Assembly: GCF_006345805.1 (NCBI RefSeq)
Contig: NC_043012.1
Location: forward strand, 27,032,001-27,096,000
Direction of reading: 5' to 3'
Length of the DNA: 64,000 nt
Origin: Octopus sinensis
Lineage: Eukaryota
The notes under the pieces are model-generated. The model was not told the DNA's origin. It ran no database searches and worked only from the letters and a program-made list of their open reading frames with translations. The stretch's first letter is position 1. Each line of letters starts with the position of its first letter. The translations under genes were made by a program, and so were the position numbers. This document shows positions 38,792-52,288 of this stretch, one piece after another.

Positions 38792-38948
38792 TGTAGTAGT
38801 AGTAGTAAATTCATAAACATTTAGCCAATTGATCGATTAGGTAGTTAGTTAAATGTTAACGAATTGATTGATGATAACCAAAGAAGTGAAATAGAACAAA
38901 TATGTGGGCTTATTATTATTATTATTGTTATTATTATTATTATTATTA

Positions 38949-38979
<31 letters not shown>

Positions 38980-39567
38980 ATTATTATTATTATTATTATT
39001 ATTATCATTATTATTGAGTGAGAGAGCAGTGCATGACATCAAAGTGACACTGGAGTAAAATATACGAAGCCCAATATACCCATCATGACTACCCGTCTGG
39101 TAAGGGTACACCAGGCACATGCATCACAACCATATGTGCGCGACATGGTGATCTCATATCAAGATAAACAGCACATGACATTGCAAGGTGGGGTCCAGTT
39201 AAAATTTTCTCCTGGTCGAGTAGGCCATCCCGCTCAAAAGGTCCCTGAATAAGGATTGTTTAAGGATGTTGAACGACCCACCCATGTTTCCGAAGGTGAA
39301 TTATCCAAACGGCTATGATGCTCCCCTACTACTTCTGCTCATGATCAAAGATGCACATATCGTCAGCCACTAAGGGACATGCTCAACTGGTTAAGTTCAA
39401 GCAACTGACAAGAAAATCTGTGGTATTGAGCAGAATATTTGCTGTAGCCAATCTTTTATTCCAAGACAAAACAATGTACATGATAACACTTCCAATAAGT
39501 TAAGATCAGAAGCCATAAGAGCCACTGTCTGGTACTGCATCGGGTCATTTTATTATTATTATTATTA

Positions 39568-39636
<69 letters not shown>

Positions 39637-39684
39637 CATTATTATTATTAGTAGTAGTAGTAGTAGTAGTAAGTAGTAGTAACA

Positions 39685-39783
<99 letters not shown>

Positions 39784-39939
39784 GTAGTAGTAGTAGTAAA
39801 TTCATAAACATTTAGCCAATTGATCGATTAGGTAGTTAGTTAAATGTTAACGAATTGATTGATGATAACCAAAGAAGTGAAATAGAACAAATATGTGGGC
39901 TTATTATTATTATTATTGTTATTATTATTATTATTATTA

Positions 39940-39994
<55 letters not shown>

Positions 39995-40533
39995 CATTAT
40001 TATTGAGTGAGAGAGCAGTGCATGACATCAAAGTGACACTGGAGTAAAATATACGAAGCCCAATATACCCATCATGACTACCCGTCTGGTAAGGGTACAC
40101 CAGGCACATGCATCACAACCATATGTGCGCGACATGGTGATCTCATATCAAGATAAACAGCACATGACATTGCAAGGTGGGGTCCAGTTAAAATTTTCTC
40201 CTGGTCGAGTAGGCCATCCCGCTCAAAAGGTCCCTGAATAAGGATTGTTTAAGGATGTTGAACGACCCACCCATGTTTCCGAAGGTGAATTATCCAACGG
40301 CTATGATGCTCCCCTACTACTTCTGCTCATGATCAAAGATGCACATATCGTCAGCCACTAAGGGACATGCTCAACTGGTTAGTTCAAGCAACTGACAAGA
40401 AAATCTGTGGTATTGAGCAGAATATTTGCTGTAGCCAATCTTTTATTCCAAGACAAAACATGTACATGATAACACTTCCAATAAGTTAAGATCAGAAGCC
40501 ATAAGAGCCACTGTCTGGTACTGCATCGGGTCA

Positions 40534-40571
<38 letters not shown>

Positions 40572-40600
40572 TATTATTATTATTATTTTATTATTATTAT

Positions 40601-40680
<80 letters not shown>
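38625..40680. repeat. ~991-bp tandem duplication (microsatellites + ~530-bp non-coding repeat)
   Basis: Unique text starting at 38807 recurs at 39798; 39015-39549 recurs at about 40006-40538. Confidence 0.93.
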
Positions 40681-40683
<3 letters not shown>

Positions 40684-40702
40684 TAATCACTATTATTCCT
40701 GT

Positions 40703-40897
40703 AAAGCTGGCGTGCTGGCAGAGTTGTTGACGCATCGGAAAAAATGCATAATGGTAATTCAAATGCCGTCAAGGTTGATTTAGTCTTTAATCTTTTCGGG
40801 GACGATAAAATAAAGTACCTGTTGAGTACTGGGCCCGTGGTAATCAACTTATTCCATCCCCTCAAGATTTTTGACCTTGTACTAAAATTAGGAAGAA
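40703..40897 (+). mobile_element. SINE family B, degenerate
   Basis: aaagctggcgtgctggcagagttgtt...aattcaaatgccg...cgataaaataaagtacc. Confidence 0.7.
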
Positions 40898-41049
40898 ATA
40901 TTAATATCATGACCTTTCCGAGATAAAAAAAAATTCGTTTCAATGCACAAGTTCCCATCAAGAATCTTGCAAAACGAAACTTAAGTGTTTCCTGCCTCAT
41001 CAACTGAACCTGCTATGGATTAAGTTTTAATCCATGGTTTTAATTACAA

Positions 41050-41350
41050 ACTCACCTTTAACTCATAAGATCAAAAATGAGTCTTTATTACTCAGATGTT
41101 ACATGAAATGTATTGTGATTACAATAATATGCTGTTTTTCCATTATTTTTTATTTTCACATCCAGTTTTCAAACGTGTCCAAGATTTGTCTGTTGTGTTT
41201 GATTCAAACCTTTTTTTTTGTCAATTTATCCCAGTGGATTACACTAAACTGTTTACAGATGGTTCCTCTGATCAAATATATCAAATGCTTCAGCACTTCC
41301 AACAAGTAAAATTATTCCCTCTGATCCTGCAGGTTTTACTTACTCTGGTT
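41050..41350 (+). pseudogene. Probable continuation of the hAT transposase
   Basis: MLHEMYCDYNNMLFFHY...VFKRVQDLSVVFDSN...DYTKL resembles the insertion domain that follows CxxH in the same hAT group (recalled, not searched). Confidence 0.45.
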
Positions 41351-41842
41351 CAAAACTTCATTTTTTTTCTTTTAATCTAACCCAGTGTCAAACTGTTGGC
41401 GGAGCTTTTACAACCGTCAAAAGAAAAATCTAGTGCAAATGCTTTAACACTTCCAGCATACAAAATGGCTGCCTTTGATCCAACAGTATTTCCTTCCTCA
41501 CTATGTTCGATTCAAAACTGTTTTTACTAATTTAGCGCAGCGGAGAAAACTAAGTTGCTCATAAATTTTTTCCCCCCTTTGATCAAATAAATCTATTGCA
41601 AATGTTTTAGTGCTGCCAAAATGCAAAATAGTTCCCTTTGATCTTAATACTATGGTAAGAGAAATTTTAGATCCGAACTCCAACCTTGGCTCAAGAAAGG
41701 TTCGAAAGAAAAATAGCGTAAATGATGCTTAGAAAGATCAAAAACGAGATGAAAGAAAGATATTAGGAAACGATCGGAAAATATTTTTCCTCTTCTCTTA
41801 CAAACAGTTCAAACAGTAACTACCTGAGAATTTATTATTTTT

Positions 41843-42123
41843 TCACTCTTTTACTTGTTCCAATCATTGGACTGTTGCCATGCTGGAGTACACTGCTTTG
41901 AATGGTTTAGTCGAAAACTCTGGCCCCAGTACTTATTTTTTAAGTTTGATATTACTCTAACGGTACATTTTGCCTGACGGCTATGTCACAGAGGCGTAAA
42001 CCAACCAGCACTGGTTGTCAAGCAATGTGAGGACAAGGACGCGCACTCATGCACACGCACGCACGCACATATGTGTATGGATGGATGGACAGACAGACAG
42101 ACAGACAGACAGGTAGGTAGATG

Positions 42124-42188
<65 letters not shown>

Positions 42189-42221
42189 GTAGGTAGATAG
42201 ATAGATAGGTAGATAGATAGC

Positions 42222-42308
<87 letters not shown>

Positions 42309-42411
42309 CCACTGGTCGGACAAAGGTTATAGTAGAAGACACTTGCCTCAGGTGCCGTGCAGAGGGGCTGAACTCAAAATCGCGTGGTCACGAATCAAAC
42401 TTCTGCCACCT
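41843..42411 (-). mobile_element. SINE family A, old copy with expanded (GATA)n core
   Basis: 3' and 5' halves of family A separated by about 240 bp of GATA/GACA repeats. Confidence 0.75.
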
Positions 42412-42616
42412 ATATTGAAAACCATATTGAAGTGCGGTTTTCTTTTTCTCAGACATTTAACAGAACCAATTATTTCTCAATCTAGAATCAATGATTTGAA
42501 ATGAACATGTCTTGAATTCCAATAATATCCAAGGACCAATTCCATCGACACTGAAAAGTTTTCGGCAGCATCGTTTCTTTCCTTTCCCAATAATTGTCGT
42601 TTACTATGACTCCGGA

Positions 42617-42935
42617 CAGACCAATGCCTTGTGAGTGAATTTGGTAGACGGAAACTGCATGGAAGCCCTTCACATGTGTGTGTGCGTGTCTCTGTTTGTG
42701 CGTGTCTTTGAGTGTGCGTGTCTTTGTGTTTGTCTCTCCAATTGACAAGAGGTGCTGGTTTGTTTACATCCTTGTAACTTGGTGGTTTGGTGAAAGAAAC
42801 TGACAGAATACATAACAGGTTTAAAAAGACATATCTACTGGCGCCGATTTGTTCGACTAAACCCTTCAAGGCAGTGCCCCAGCATGGCAGCAGTTCAATG
42901 ACTGAAACATGTAAAGTAATAAAAGAATAAAAGAA
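42617..42935 (+). mobile_element. SINE family A, 5'-truncated degenerate copy
   Basis: gccttgtgagtgaatttggtagacggaaactg ... atgactgaaacatgtaaag. Confidence 0.75.
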
Positions 42936-43004
42936 TGTTATTGAAATAAATTCCTTACAGACGCAGGAATATTTGCTCTGAATCTCTTAATATTTCCGTA
43001 AAAT

Positions 43005-43221
43005 AAGTAGCTAAGTATCCGAATCGTGAGCGCGCCGAACAAAATGCTTTGCGGCATTTCGTTCGTCTTTATGTTCTGAGTTCAAATTCCACCGAGGTCG
43101 ACTTTGCCTTCCATCTTTTGAGGTTGATAAAATAAGTACCAGTTGAGCACTGGGGTCAGTGTAATGGATTCATCCCCTCATTCCGAAATTTCAGGCCTTG
43201 TGCCTTTAGTAGAAAGGATTA
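43005..43221 (+). mobile_element. SINE family B
   Basis: gttctgagttcaaattccaccgaggtcgactttgcc...caggccttgtgcctttagtagaaaggatta. Confidence 0.8.
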
Positions 43222-43453
43222 CAGTAATCCCTCGCCATATCGCGGTTCACCTATCACGGTTTTATTATTTAAGCTTACGTCCATTCTTTCGTGGTGATTT
43301 TTTTTTTTTTTGCATTTATAATAAAATAAATATATACAAATTATAAAAATTATTTTAAAAAACATACAGTACAGTACTGTTTCTACTTCGCGGATTTTCA
43401 CCTATCGCGGGGGTTTTTGGAACGTAACACCCGCGATAGTCGAGGGATTACTG
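43222..43453. mobile_element. pogo/Tigger-like MITE with TA duplication
   Basis: Perfect 13-bp TIRs CAGTAATCCCTCG / CGAGGGATTACTG with TA on both sides; inserted in the tail of the preceding SINE. Confidence 0.9.
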
Positions 43454-43467
43454 TATTATGATTATTG

Positions 43468-43852
43468 AGTGGCTGTGTGGTAAGTAGCTTGCTTACGAAC
43501 ATGGTTCCGGGTTCAGTCCCACTGCGTGGCACCTTGGGCAAGTGTCTTCTACTATAGCCTCGGGCCAACCAAAGCCTAGAGAGTGGATTTGGTAGACGGA
43601 AACTGGAAGAAGCCCGTCGTATGTATGTATATATATATATATATGTTTGTGTGTCTGTGCCCCCCCCCAACATCGCTTGACAACCGATGCTGGTGTGTTT
43701 ATGTCCCCGTAACTTAGCGGTTCGGCAAAAGAAACCGATAGAATAAGTACTAAGCTTCCAAAGAATAAGTCCTGGGGTCGATTTGCTTGACTAAAGGCAG
43801 TGCTCCAGTATGGTCACAGTCAAATTACTGAAACAAGTAAAAGAGTAAAAGA
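43468..43852 (+). mobile_element. SINE family A, full copy
   Basis: Matches 3505-3933. Confidence 0.9.
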
Positions 43853-43863
43853 GTATTACTGTT

Positions 43864-44058
43864 AAAGCAGCGAGCTGGCAGAATCGTTAGCATTTCGTCC
43901 GTCTTTATGTTCTGAGTTCAAATTGCAACGAGATTGACTTTGCCTTTTATCCTTTTTACGGTCGATAAAATAAGTACCAATTGAACACTGAGGTCGCTGT
44001 AATTGACTCTTCCCTACCCCTGAACTTGCTGGCCTTGTGCAAAAATTTGAAACCGACA
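43864..44058 (+). mobile_element. SINE family B
   Basis: aaagcagcgagctggcagaatcgttagc...gagttcaaattgc. Confidence 0.8.
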
Positions 44059-44074
44059 TTTCCCTAATACAGAT

Positions 44075-44478
44075 ATTCTTTTCGGCTCTAGGCACAGGGC
44101 CCGAAGTTTTGGGGACCGGGGCCCAGTCTATTAGATCGACTCCAGTGTGCAACAGGTACTTAATTCATCGAACCCGAGAGGATGAAAGGCAAAGTCAACG
44201 TAGGTGGAATTTGAACTCTGAACGTAACGGCAGACGAAATACCTATTACTTTACTACCCACAAGGGGCTAAACACAGAGAGGACAAACAAGGACAGACAA
44301 ACGGATTAAGTCGATTATATCGACTTCAGTGCGTAACTGGTACTTATTTAATCGACTCCGAAAGGATGAAAGGCAAAATCGACCTCAGCGGAATTTGAAA
44401 TCAGAACGTAACGGCAGACGAAATACGGCTACGCATTTCGCCCGGCGTGCTAACGACTCTACCAGCTCGCCGCCTTCC
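44075..44478 (-). mobile_element. SINE family B, two-unit copy
   Basis: The B-box-containing body (ggatgaaaggcaaagtc...ggaatttgaa...gaacgtaacggcagacgaaatac) occurs twice. Confidence 0.8.
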
Positions 44479-44892
44479 CTAAGACCAATTATGAAATTGA
44501 AAAATTATTCAGTAGGGAAGAACGTTATGAAAACAAGACTTATGAAACTTTCAATGTCTGGGGTTATTTTCTCTGTGAGTATAGGGCCAATGTTGTTTTG
44601 CTCTCTTCTAACATATGATAAATATTGTAAATATGATTATCTTCTTGAAGTAATCTTTCCTTAATAAACTTGGTACGACAGACACATGTCTAACTCAGAG
44701 ACAAGATAACAGTGCTGAAGAAACTGAAAGATTTAATAATGTAAATTTGTTGATTTACCGATTTAGCTTTATCGGGAGAAATTTAATTTCTAGACTTCAT
44801 TTTCAATAATATAAGATACTTGTTTTGTTTTAAATACGTGGTTTTTCCATGGCGGCCATTTAGTGTAAGGAAGATATAAACACGGAAGGAGA

Positions 44893-45358
44893 AGCAGGGC
44901 TAGTTGTCTGGTACGTAGTTTGCATCCTAGCCACATGGTTGCGGGTTCAGTCACACCGCGTGGCACCTTGGATAAGTGTCTTATACAATAGCTTCGGTCT
45001 CACCAAAACCCTGTGAGTGTATTTTGTATACGGAAACTGAAAAGAAGCCTGTCGTACATATGTATGTATCGCGTGTGTGTGTCTTGTATGTGTGTGTATT
45101 TGTGCGTATATTGTGTGTGTATGAGTATATTTTATAAATGTGTGTACCCCTATGCATGTATATTTTATATGTGTTTTATATATGTGTATGTGCGTATGTT
45201 TTATATGTTTTTGACAACCTTTGTTCGTGTATTTACGTCCCCGCAACTTAGTGATAGAATAAGTACCAAACTTTGAAAAATAAGTACTGGGGTGGATTCG
45301 TTCGATCAAAATTATTCGGGATGGAGCCCCAGCATGACCGCAGTCTGATGACTGAAAA
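44893..45358 (+). mobile_element. SINE family A, degenerate
   Basis: gggttcagtcacaccgcgtggcaccttgg ... gatgactgaaa. Confidence 0.75.
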
Positions 45359-45471
45359 AAATTTATTTTATATTATACTTATTATGTAAACAAATAATAC
45401 AATATTACATAAGCATTTTATAAACATTTTACAATTATTTTATAACGTTTCTTTCTTTTCTGGAAGCACAC

Positions 45472-45500
45472 CGCGGACCACCACTTTGTGTAGCACTGTT
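45472..45500 (-). mobile_element. Isolated hAT/Charlie-like terminus
   Basis: Minus strand cagtgctacacaaagtggtggtccgcgg resembles Charlie/MER5-type ends; no partner end found. Confidence 0.4.
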
Positions 45501-46246
45501 CTAGATTAGACAACCTTTTTAAATCGTCATCCTTCTGAACTCGATAAGTAAATGCCGATGAAGTACTGGGGGTCGATTCTTCTCCAACTCCTTCCCTTTC
45601 TCTCACACTTACAGAAGAGATGCTGTGTGGGTAGTGTGCGAGATGAACAGTGATGGCGAGAGTAAAAAGTGGAAGAGAGAAAGAGGGCGGGAAAAAGCAG
45701 TAGAAGATCAACAACTTTTTCTTTCTTCTTTTTTGCTTTTATTCTATCATTTCTTCCTTTCTCATTCATATGTTGTGACGGAGAAAAACACAAGAGTATT
45801 ATTATAGTAGATAAGGGACGAGATCCGCAATTATTTTACCAACCCAGCAACGGTAAACTATTCGAACTCGGAATGCATAGTACCGAGTCAGTTATCATAT
45901 GGTATTTTCCCGACACTCTAACGATTCTGCCAACCGACTGCCTTCTATCTATGACATAGCAACATTTTTCACGAATCCAAGTTATCCATTTTATCTACCT
46001 TTGCTTATTTCCTGATCTAAGCTGCGAAATATTTGCTTTTTCCCTTTTTTCTTTTAGAGATTTAGCGTAAGTCCGCTTAAGGTTTAGTTCTTCTGAGATA
46101 TTTCACAGTTTCTGTTTTTTTCTTTTAAGTTTCTAAAGCATTTCCATCTTTTGTATTATATTTATTCATTCTGATCTCACCCTCATAATATTTTAACCTA
46201 ATCTCCGGCACTGGGAGTTGAATAACCTACTTTAAAAAGAAAATAG

Positions 46247-46247
<1 letters not shown>

Positions 46248-46323
<76 letters not shown>
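46248..46323. repeat. (CT)n microsatellite
   Basis: Pure CT run. Confidence 0.98.
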
Positions 46324-46325
<2 letters not shown>

Positions 46326-46860
46326 GTGGAGAAAAATGTTTCATCGAAGCTTTTCACTATATATGTGTGTCTGTGTGTGTAGTCAAAAGCTTCGATGGAA
46401 AAATTGTGTGCGTGTGTATCATATTCTTTCATTCTTTCACTTCCCGTCTCTCATTTGCATGTACTTCCTATCCATTTATTCTTCCTCATTGCCATATATT
46501 ATGCCGCCCAAATGTTGATGCCGTTATGCAAGTCTCGTACCCTTTCACATCTTTTCCTCCATTTTTGCTCGCCATCGTGTATACTAAAATATCCGTCACT
46601 GTTTCTTGATCTGATTAACAAGAGATTCCCGTGTTCGTGATTTTCTATCTAATTCTATCCAACATCTCTAGAGTAGCTTGGCTGAAGTGAACCACACACA
46701 AACATGGACTGCAAAGCTTGTTCAACTATAAACACTCCGCCGTTTATTACTTGCACTGCGAAGAACAGCCTTCGCAATCACATGGATTGAAATGCATTGT
46801 CACAGCGCATCATCTTGGGAAAGTGTTTTCTACGAAAAATGTCAGGACGACCCGAGGAAG

Positions 46861-47104
46861 TTTTACTCTTTTACTTGTTTCAGTCATTTGACTGCGGCCA
46901 TGCTGGAGCACCGCCTTTAGTCGAGCAAAACGACCCCAGGACTTATTCTTTGTAAACCTAGTACTTATTCTATCGACCTCTTATGCCGAACCGCTAAGTG
47001 ACGGGGACGTAAACACACCGGCATCGGTTGTCAAGCGATGTTGGGGGGACAAACACAGACACACAAACATACACACACACACACACATACACACACATAT
47101 ATAT

Positions 47105-47170
<66 letters not shown>

Positions 47171-47332
47171 GACGGGCTTCTTTCAGTTTCCGTCTACAAA
47201 ATCCACTCACAAGGCTTTGGTTGGCCCGAAGCTATAGTAGAAGACACTTGCCCAAGGTGCCACGCAGTGGGACTGAACCCGGAACCATGTGGTTGGTAAG
47301 CAAGCTACTTACCACTCTGCCACTCCTGCACC
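46861..47332 (-). mobile_element. SINE family A, full copy
   Basis: Reverse complement of family A. Confidence 0.9.
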
Positions 47333-47574
47333 TATGTGTAAGAAACTGGTCAAATGGAAACAAAACCCGTAGGATATGCTATTTGAAGCAGTAACAATAC
47401 TCTGTCGCACAGTTCAATATCCTGAACCCATTTGACCCTTGGGCACTTTATGCCAATTTCACTCTGTTGCTGTTACTCATTCGAAATCTCTCTTAAGCGC
47501 TGCTTCACATCAGACGAGGTTTTTTTCCTCCCTTCCGCTCTCCTAGTTATCATAAAAAGCCATAAAATTATGTG

Positions 47575-47750
47575 TGTGTGTGTGGGTATTGGTTTCAGAT
47601 TTTGGTACAAAGTCTGGAATATCGTGGTAGGGGACAAGTTGATTACATCGAGCCCAGTACTCAAGAGGTACTTATTTTATCGACCCCGAAGGGATGAAAG
47701 GCAAATTCGACATTTTTACCGGTGCGGTAACGATTCTGCGAGCTGACCAC
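47575..47750 (-). mobile_element. SINE family B, degenerate
   Basis: gattacatcgagcccagtac...cgaccccgaagggatgaaaggcaaa...gtaacgattctgcgagct. Confidence 0.7.
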
Positions 47751-48040
47751 CATGTATGTGTGTGTGTCTGTATTTTCATATTCAGCTATAATAAAAACAA
47801 TTTTACATTAATCTGATGGGTTACTCTGTACTCTTGTAAAGTACAAATCATTATTGTTGTACAAAAATGTTGTTGATAGTAACATCAAAGTTTCGGCCCG
47901 CTAAACCATCGTCGGACAATCTCTTAGCTGGGCGAAACTTCGAAACCACTGCCAAGAACATACACATACATGTATAAGAAAAATAAGTGTCAGCGTGTGT
48001 GTGTGTGTATGTATATGTACATATACATGTGTATATATGC

Positions 48041-48071
<31 letters not shown>

Positions 48072-48084
48072 TGTATGTATATGT

Positions 48085-48326
48085 GGAAGCGCGTGGCTTA
48101 GTGGTTAGGGTGTCAGCATCATGATCGTAAGATTTTAGTTTCGATTCCTGGACCGGGCGACTTGTGTTCTTGAGCAAAACACTTCATTTCACGTTGCTCC
48201 AGTCCACTCAGCTGGCAAAAATGAGTAACGCTGCGATGGACTGGCGTCCCGTCCAGCTTGGGAACACATACGCCATGGAAACCGGGAAAACGGGCCCACG
48301 AGCCTGGCTAGGCTTTAAAAGGGCGC
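48085..48326 (+). mobile_element. SINE family C variant (different 3' half)
   Basis: Head and gctccagtccactcagctggcaaaaatgagt are shared with family C; the tail diverges. Confidence 0.75.
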
Positions 48327-50147
48327 ATTTATTTATTATTATATATGTATGTATATGCACAGTAATACATTAGCGCTTATGTAGAGACAGATGTATATAT
48401 ATATATATATATATATCATATAAATATATAGATATACTTGTTTTTCTCTCCTCCATCTGTAACTCTACTTATACTCCTTATCCTGTTCTCATTTATATCT
48501 CATTTATTATCTCTCTCATTCTTCAAACATTATTCTTGGCTTCTCCTTATTACCACCTCACCTCCTACATACCTCTTCCATTCCAACACCTCCTCCTTTC
48601 TATTTGTGAGCCTTCCCAATATCAATGTAGGTTGATGATTTCTTTAACATTATTGATGTAAACATCATTAATAGCCAGTCTATTGTAAAAAGAAAGATTA
48701 CACTTGGTTGTGACCGTAATTTGAACTCGCAACCACAAAATTCGTCTTCTCGCTAAAATTAATTAAATTCAGCTGATATTTCAATTTCAGCAGCTGTCAA
48801 GTATCACCAGTGTAATCAGCAGTAGCTCTCTTCATTAATCAAGTTTTCTGCTAAAACTATCACCTGTTACTGACTTCTAGTAGGAGAGACAACCAAAATG
48901 GTTGAATAGAGAAGTGAAGTGTGTTGATAGAATTAGAGTGGCTAATGGATAAAGTAAAGAGTGTGTGAGAGAGGGAAATAGAAAGAGAGAGGGATAATGA
49001 AAGAGAGAGGAGAGAGGGAGGAAAGAGAGCAGATAATCGTGAAGTAATGAGAAAGAGAAGACGAAATGAGAAAGAGAAGACGATAATAAAACGAGAGGGG
49101 CAGCAGAGGAGAGGCCGGCAACAGATGCATACAAAATAAAGAGGATGAAAAGATGGACATAGGCCAGCATACACACACATTTACGCACAGGTAATTTTTT
49201 TCTTCAAATATACCATAGATATTATGGTATGGCGGCGTTTCCTAACGTTATACACTCTTTTCCATTATATATAATTATATTTGCTCCGAGATATTTTGAT
49301 TTGTATCTCGTGGGATACTGGTAAACATTATGTGTACACGTATATGAGTACGAGTATGACAACGTGATAAGTCTGTTTATTCTACAAAATTAGTCGAATA
49401 CTTTTAGTTTTACCATATTTCATTATTATATTATTATTATTATTATTATTATTACTATTATTATTATTTCAATTTGTCTTGCCACCACCATTCCCAGAGA
49501 AATCCTGTATTAGATGAGATGTTTAGACAAGTGATTGGCTTTTTCCCGTATTTAAGTTTTCCGACTTTAGAAAGCAGAACAATCCGACGTAGAACCAACC
49601 AATTCCAAATGAAAAACAAGCAAATGAAGAACTAGAACCGCATTGTATAATTCATTGTTTTTTCAAGTAGAATTAACTTTTTCCGCCAATAATTAGTTTT
49701 AAAGACATCAATATCCGGTACAGACGATTGTTTCCAGTCCTTTTATAATTTAAAAAATGTTATTTTAAGAGTCTTTAGAATATTTTTAGCGCCATTCATT
49801 TAAAGTCATCAATACACTTTTTTTTACTTTTCTCGCGATATTTCAGTTAGTTTTTTATGTTAAACTTCCCTCTAAAATCTTTTTATCTTCTGTGGCTTGC
49901 TTGTCTGTATTATTTTTTTTTTTTCATAAATTTATTCTGTATATCATTAAATTAAATGTAGCCATTTTCTGATTATCTGCATTTTTCATTTTTTCTTTTT
50001 TTTTTTTGTAAATTTCTTCTGTATTTATTTATCTTGTATTAATATTGTTTTACCCAGTCTGAACAACTGAAATAAGAATGCTTCTACAGATTTGCCTGAT
50101 ATGCTAGAAATGGCAATCAGCTTCACTAAAATCAAGAAATAGGCTCC

Positions 50148-50399
50148 GTTATGGCTGTGCGGTAATCAACTTGCTTCCCAACCGTATAGTTCCGGGTTCA
50201 GTCTCACTGCGTGGCACTTTGGGCAAGTGTCTACTGTAACCCCAAGTTGACCAAAGCCTTGTGAATGGATTTGGTAGGCGGAAACTGAAAGATGCTAGTC
50301 ATATATAGATAGATAAATAGATAGACAGATATGCATATATACATACTATATGTACATACCTACATATATATGTATGTATATATAATATATTTATATATA

Positions 50400-50445
<46 letters not shown>

Positions 50446-50488
50446 ATAATATTTATATATATATTATATATTATATATATATTCTTAT

Positions 50489-50569
<81 letters not shown>

Positions 50570-50883
50570 TATATGGGTAAAGGACATCCAAAAACATAGA
50601 AACGAACTTTTATTTCGAACAACGAAAAGAACAAACAGAGAAACGAGACATGCAACATAAAGAATATTCCCCTTCATCAGTTGTCCCTGTTTCATCTACT
50701 CTGCGTTTCGAAGGTAAGCCAATACGCGACTTCGTTCAAACAATCCTTCCCGCAAAGCTTTACATCTTTTTCAAGTATGCATATATATATATATATATTA
50801 TATATATTATATATATATATATATATATAGGGAGAGTTTACGAAAAACAAAAGACGAGCAGGAGGTGGTGTACAAAACAAACA

Positions 50884-50975
<92 letters not shown>

Positions 50976-51232
50976 GAATATATGAACATATATGAATATA
51001 TGAACATATATATATATATATGTATATATCTATGAGTGCGTAACTTTGCGTCTGCGTTTGTCCCCCACCACTGCTTGATAACCGGTGTTGGTGTGTTTAC
51101 GTTCACGTAAGAGACCGATAGAATAAGTATCCGTCTTTTAAAAAAAATAAGTTATTGGGGGTGAATTCATTCGTCTACAAACTCTTGAAAGAGGTGCTCC
51201 AGCATGACTGAAACAAATAAAAGACAAAAGAT
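50148..51232 (+). mobile_element. SINE family A interrupted by nested repeats
   Basis: 5' half at 50148-50300 and 3' half at about 51030-51232, separated by (TA)n and two foreign repeat fragments (50575-50775, 50829-50885). Confidence 0.75.
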
Positions 51233-51487
51233 AAAAAAAAACTAAAACCGCATAATGTTTGTTGCTCATAATTTAGAAAAAGATAAAAATCCGGTTTAGT
51301 GATGGCCAAAGCCTCTTTGATCATTGGACTGCTCAATCAGAAATAACTTGAAGTTAAACAACAACGACTGAAATGTGACTATTTTTATTAGTATTTAATT
51401 TGCGTTTTATGCAATCAAAACTTTTCTTGTGCTTTGTCGGTGAATTGTGGCTGACGAACTACTCGAAAACATGAACTATACTTAATA

Positions 51488-51527
<40 letters not shown>

Positions 51528-51700
51528 TGTGAAATGTGTAACTCATTACGACTTGGTCTCGCCATACTGGTGCATTCATATGAAAGGGCATCAGATACAG
51601 CGTATTTTCTGAGTCATAAGACATTACAAATTATAAGATACACTCAATAATTATTAGCAAAGTGTGTTTCAGAAAAAGAAAAAGACGTTTTTGATTACTT

Positions 51701-51862
51701 GCGCAGGCCTGGCTGTGTGGTAAGAAGCTTGCTTCTCAAACACATGGTTCCGGGTTCAGTCCAGCTGCTTGGCACCTTGGGCAAAGGCTTTCAACTTGTA
51801 ACTTCAGGCTGACCAAATCCTTGTGAGTAGATTTGGTAGAGGGAAATTGAAAGAAAACCGTC

Positions 51863-51901
<39 letters not shown>

Positions 51902-51931
51902 TGTGTGTGTGTAAGGCGGTGCTCCAGCATG
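51701..51931 (+). mobile_element. SINE family A, internally deleted copy
   Basis: Family-A head followed by (TG)n and aaggcggtgctccagcatg. Confidence 0.8.
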
Positions 51932-51939
51932 GCCTAGAC

Positions 51940-52288
51940 CAGTGGTTCCTAGACCAGTGGTTCTCAGTTGCGGTCCATATGCCCCTAAGGGTCCATATAC
52001 GATTTTTGAGGATCCCAGCCAATAAAATAGTAGATTTAGGTTCCACAATAGTGTTTAAAGTTTGTTTTAAATGTATGTACTGATATGTATTACGAGAAAC
52101 ACTTAGGTGTCTTTCTCTAACATTTTACATTGTTCAACCTACGCAAGTTAATGTGTGTGGAAAAAAAGAATTTTGAAAGGAGTTTCTATAAAACTACTTT
52201 TTAAAATTCGAATAGCTATGGGGGTCCACCAGAATAAAATAGTAATCAAAGGGGCTCATAGATAAAAAAAAATGGTTGAGAACTCATG
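51940..52288. mobile_element. hAT (Charlie-like) MITE
   Basis: Left end cagtggttc(t)ca, right end ttgagaactcatg; 8-bp flanks gcctagac / gcctaggc (7 of 8 identical). Confidence 0.75.

Noticed and set aside
46600-46860. Protein-like frame ...TLRRLLLALRRTAFAITWIEMH...
   Set aside because: Interrupted by a stop, with no coherent splice boundaries on either strand.
50650-50715. CTGATGA and GAAAC on the minus strand as a hammerhead
   Set aside because: The motifs are in the wrong order for type I and no stem I or stem II can be formed for the other topologies.
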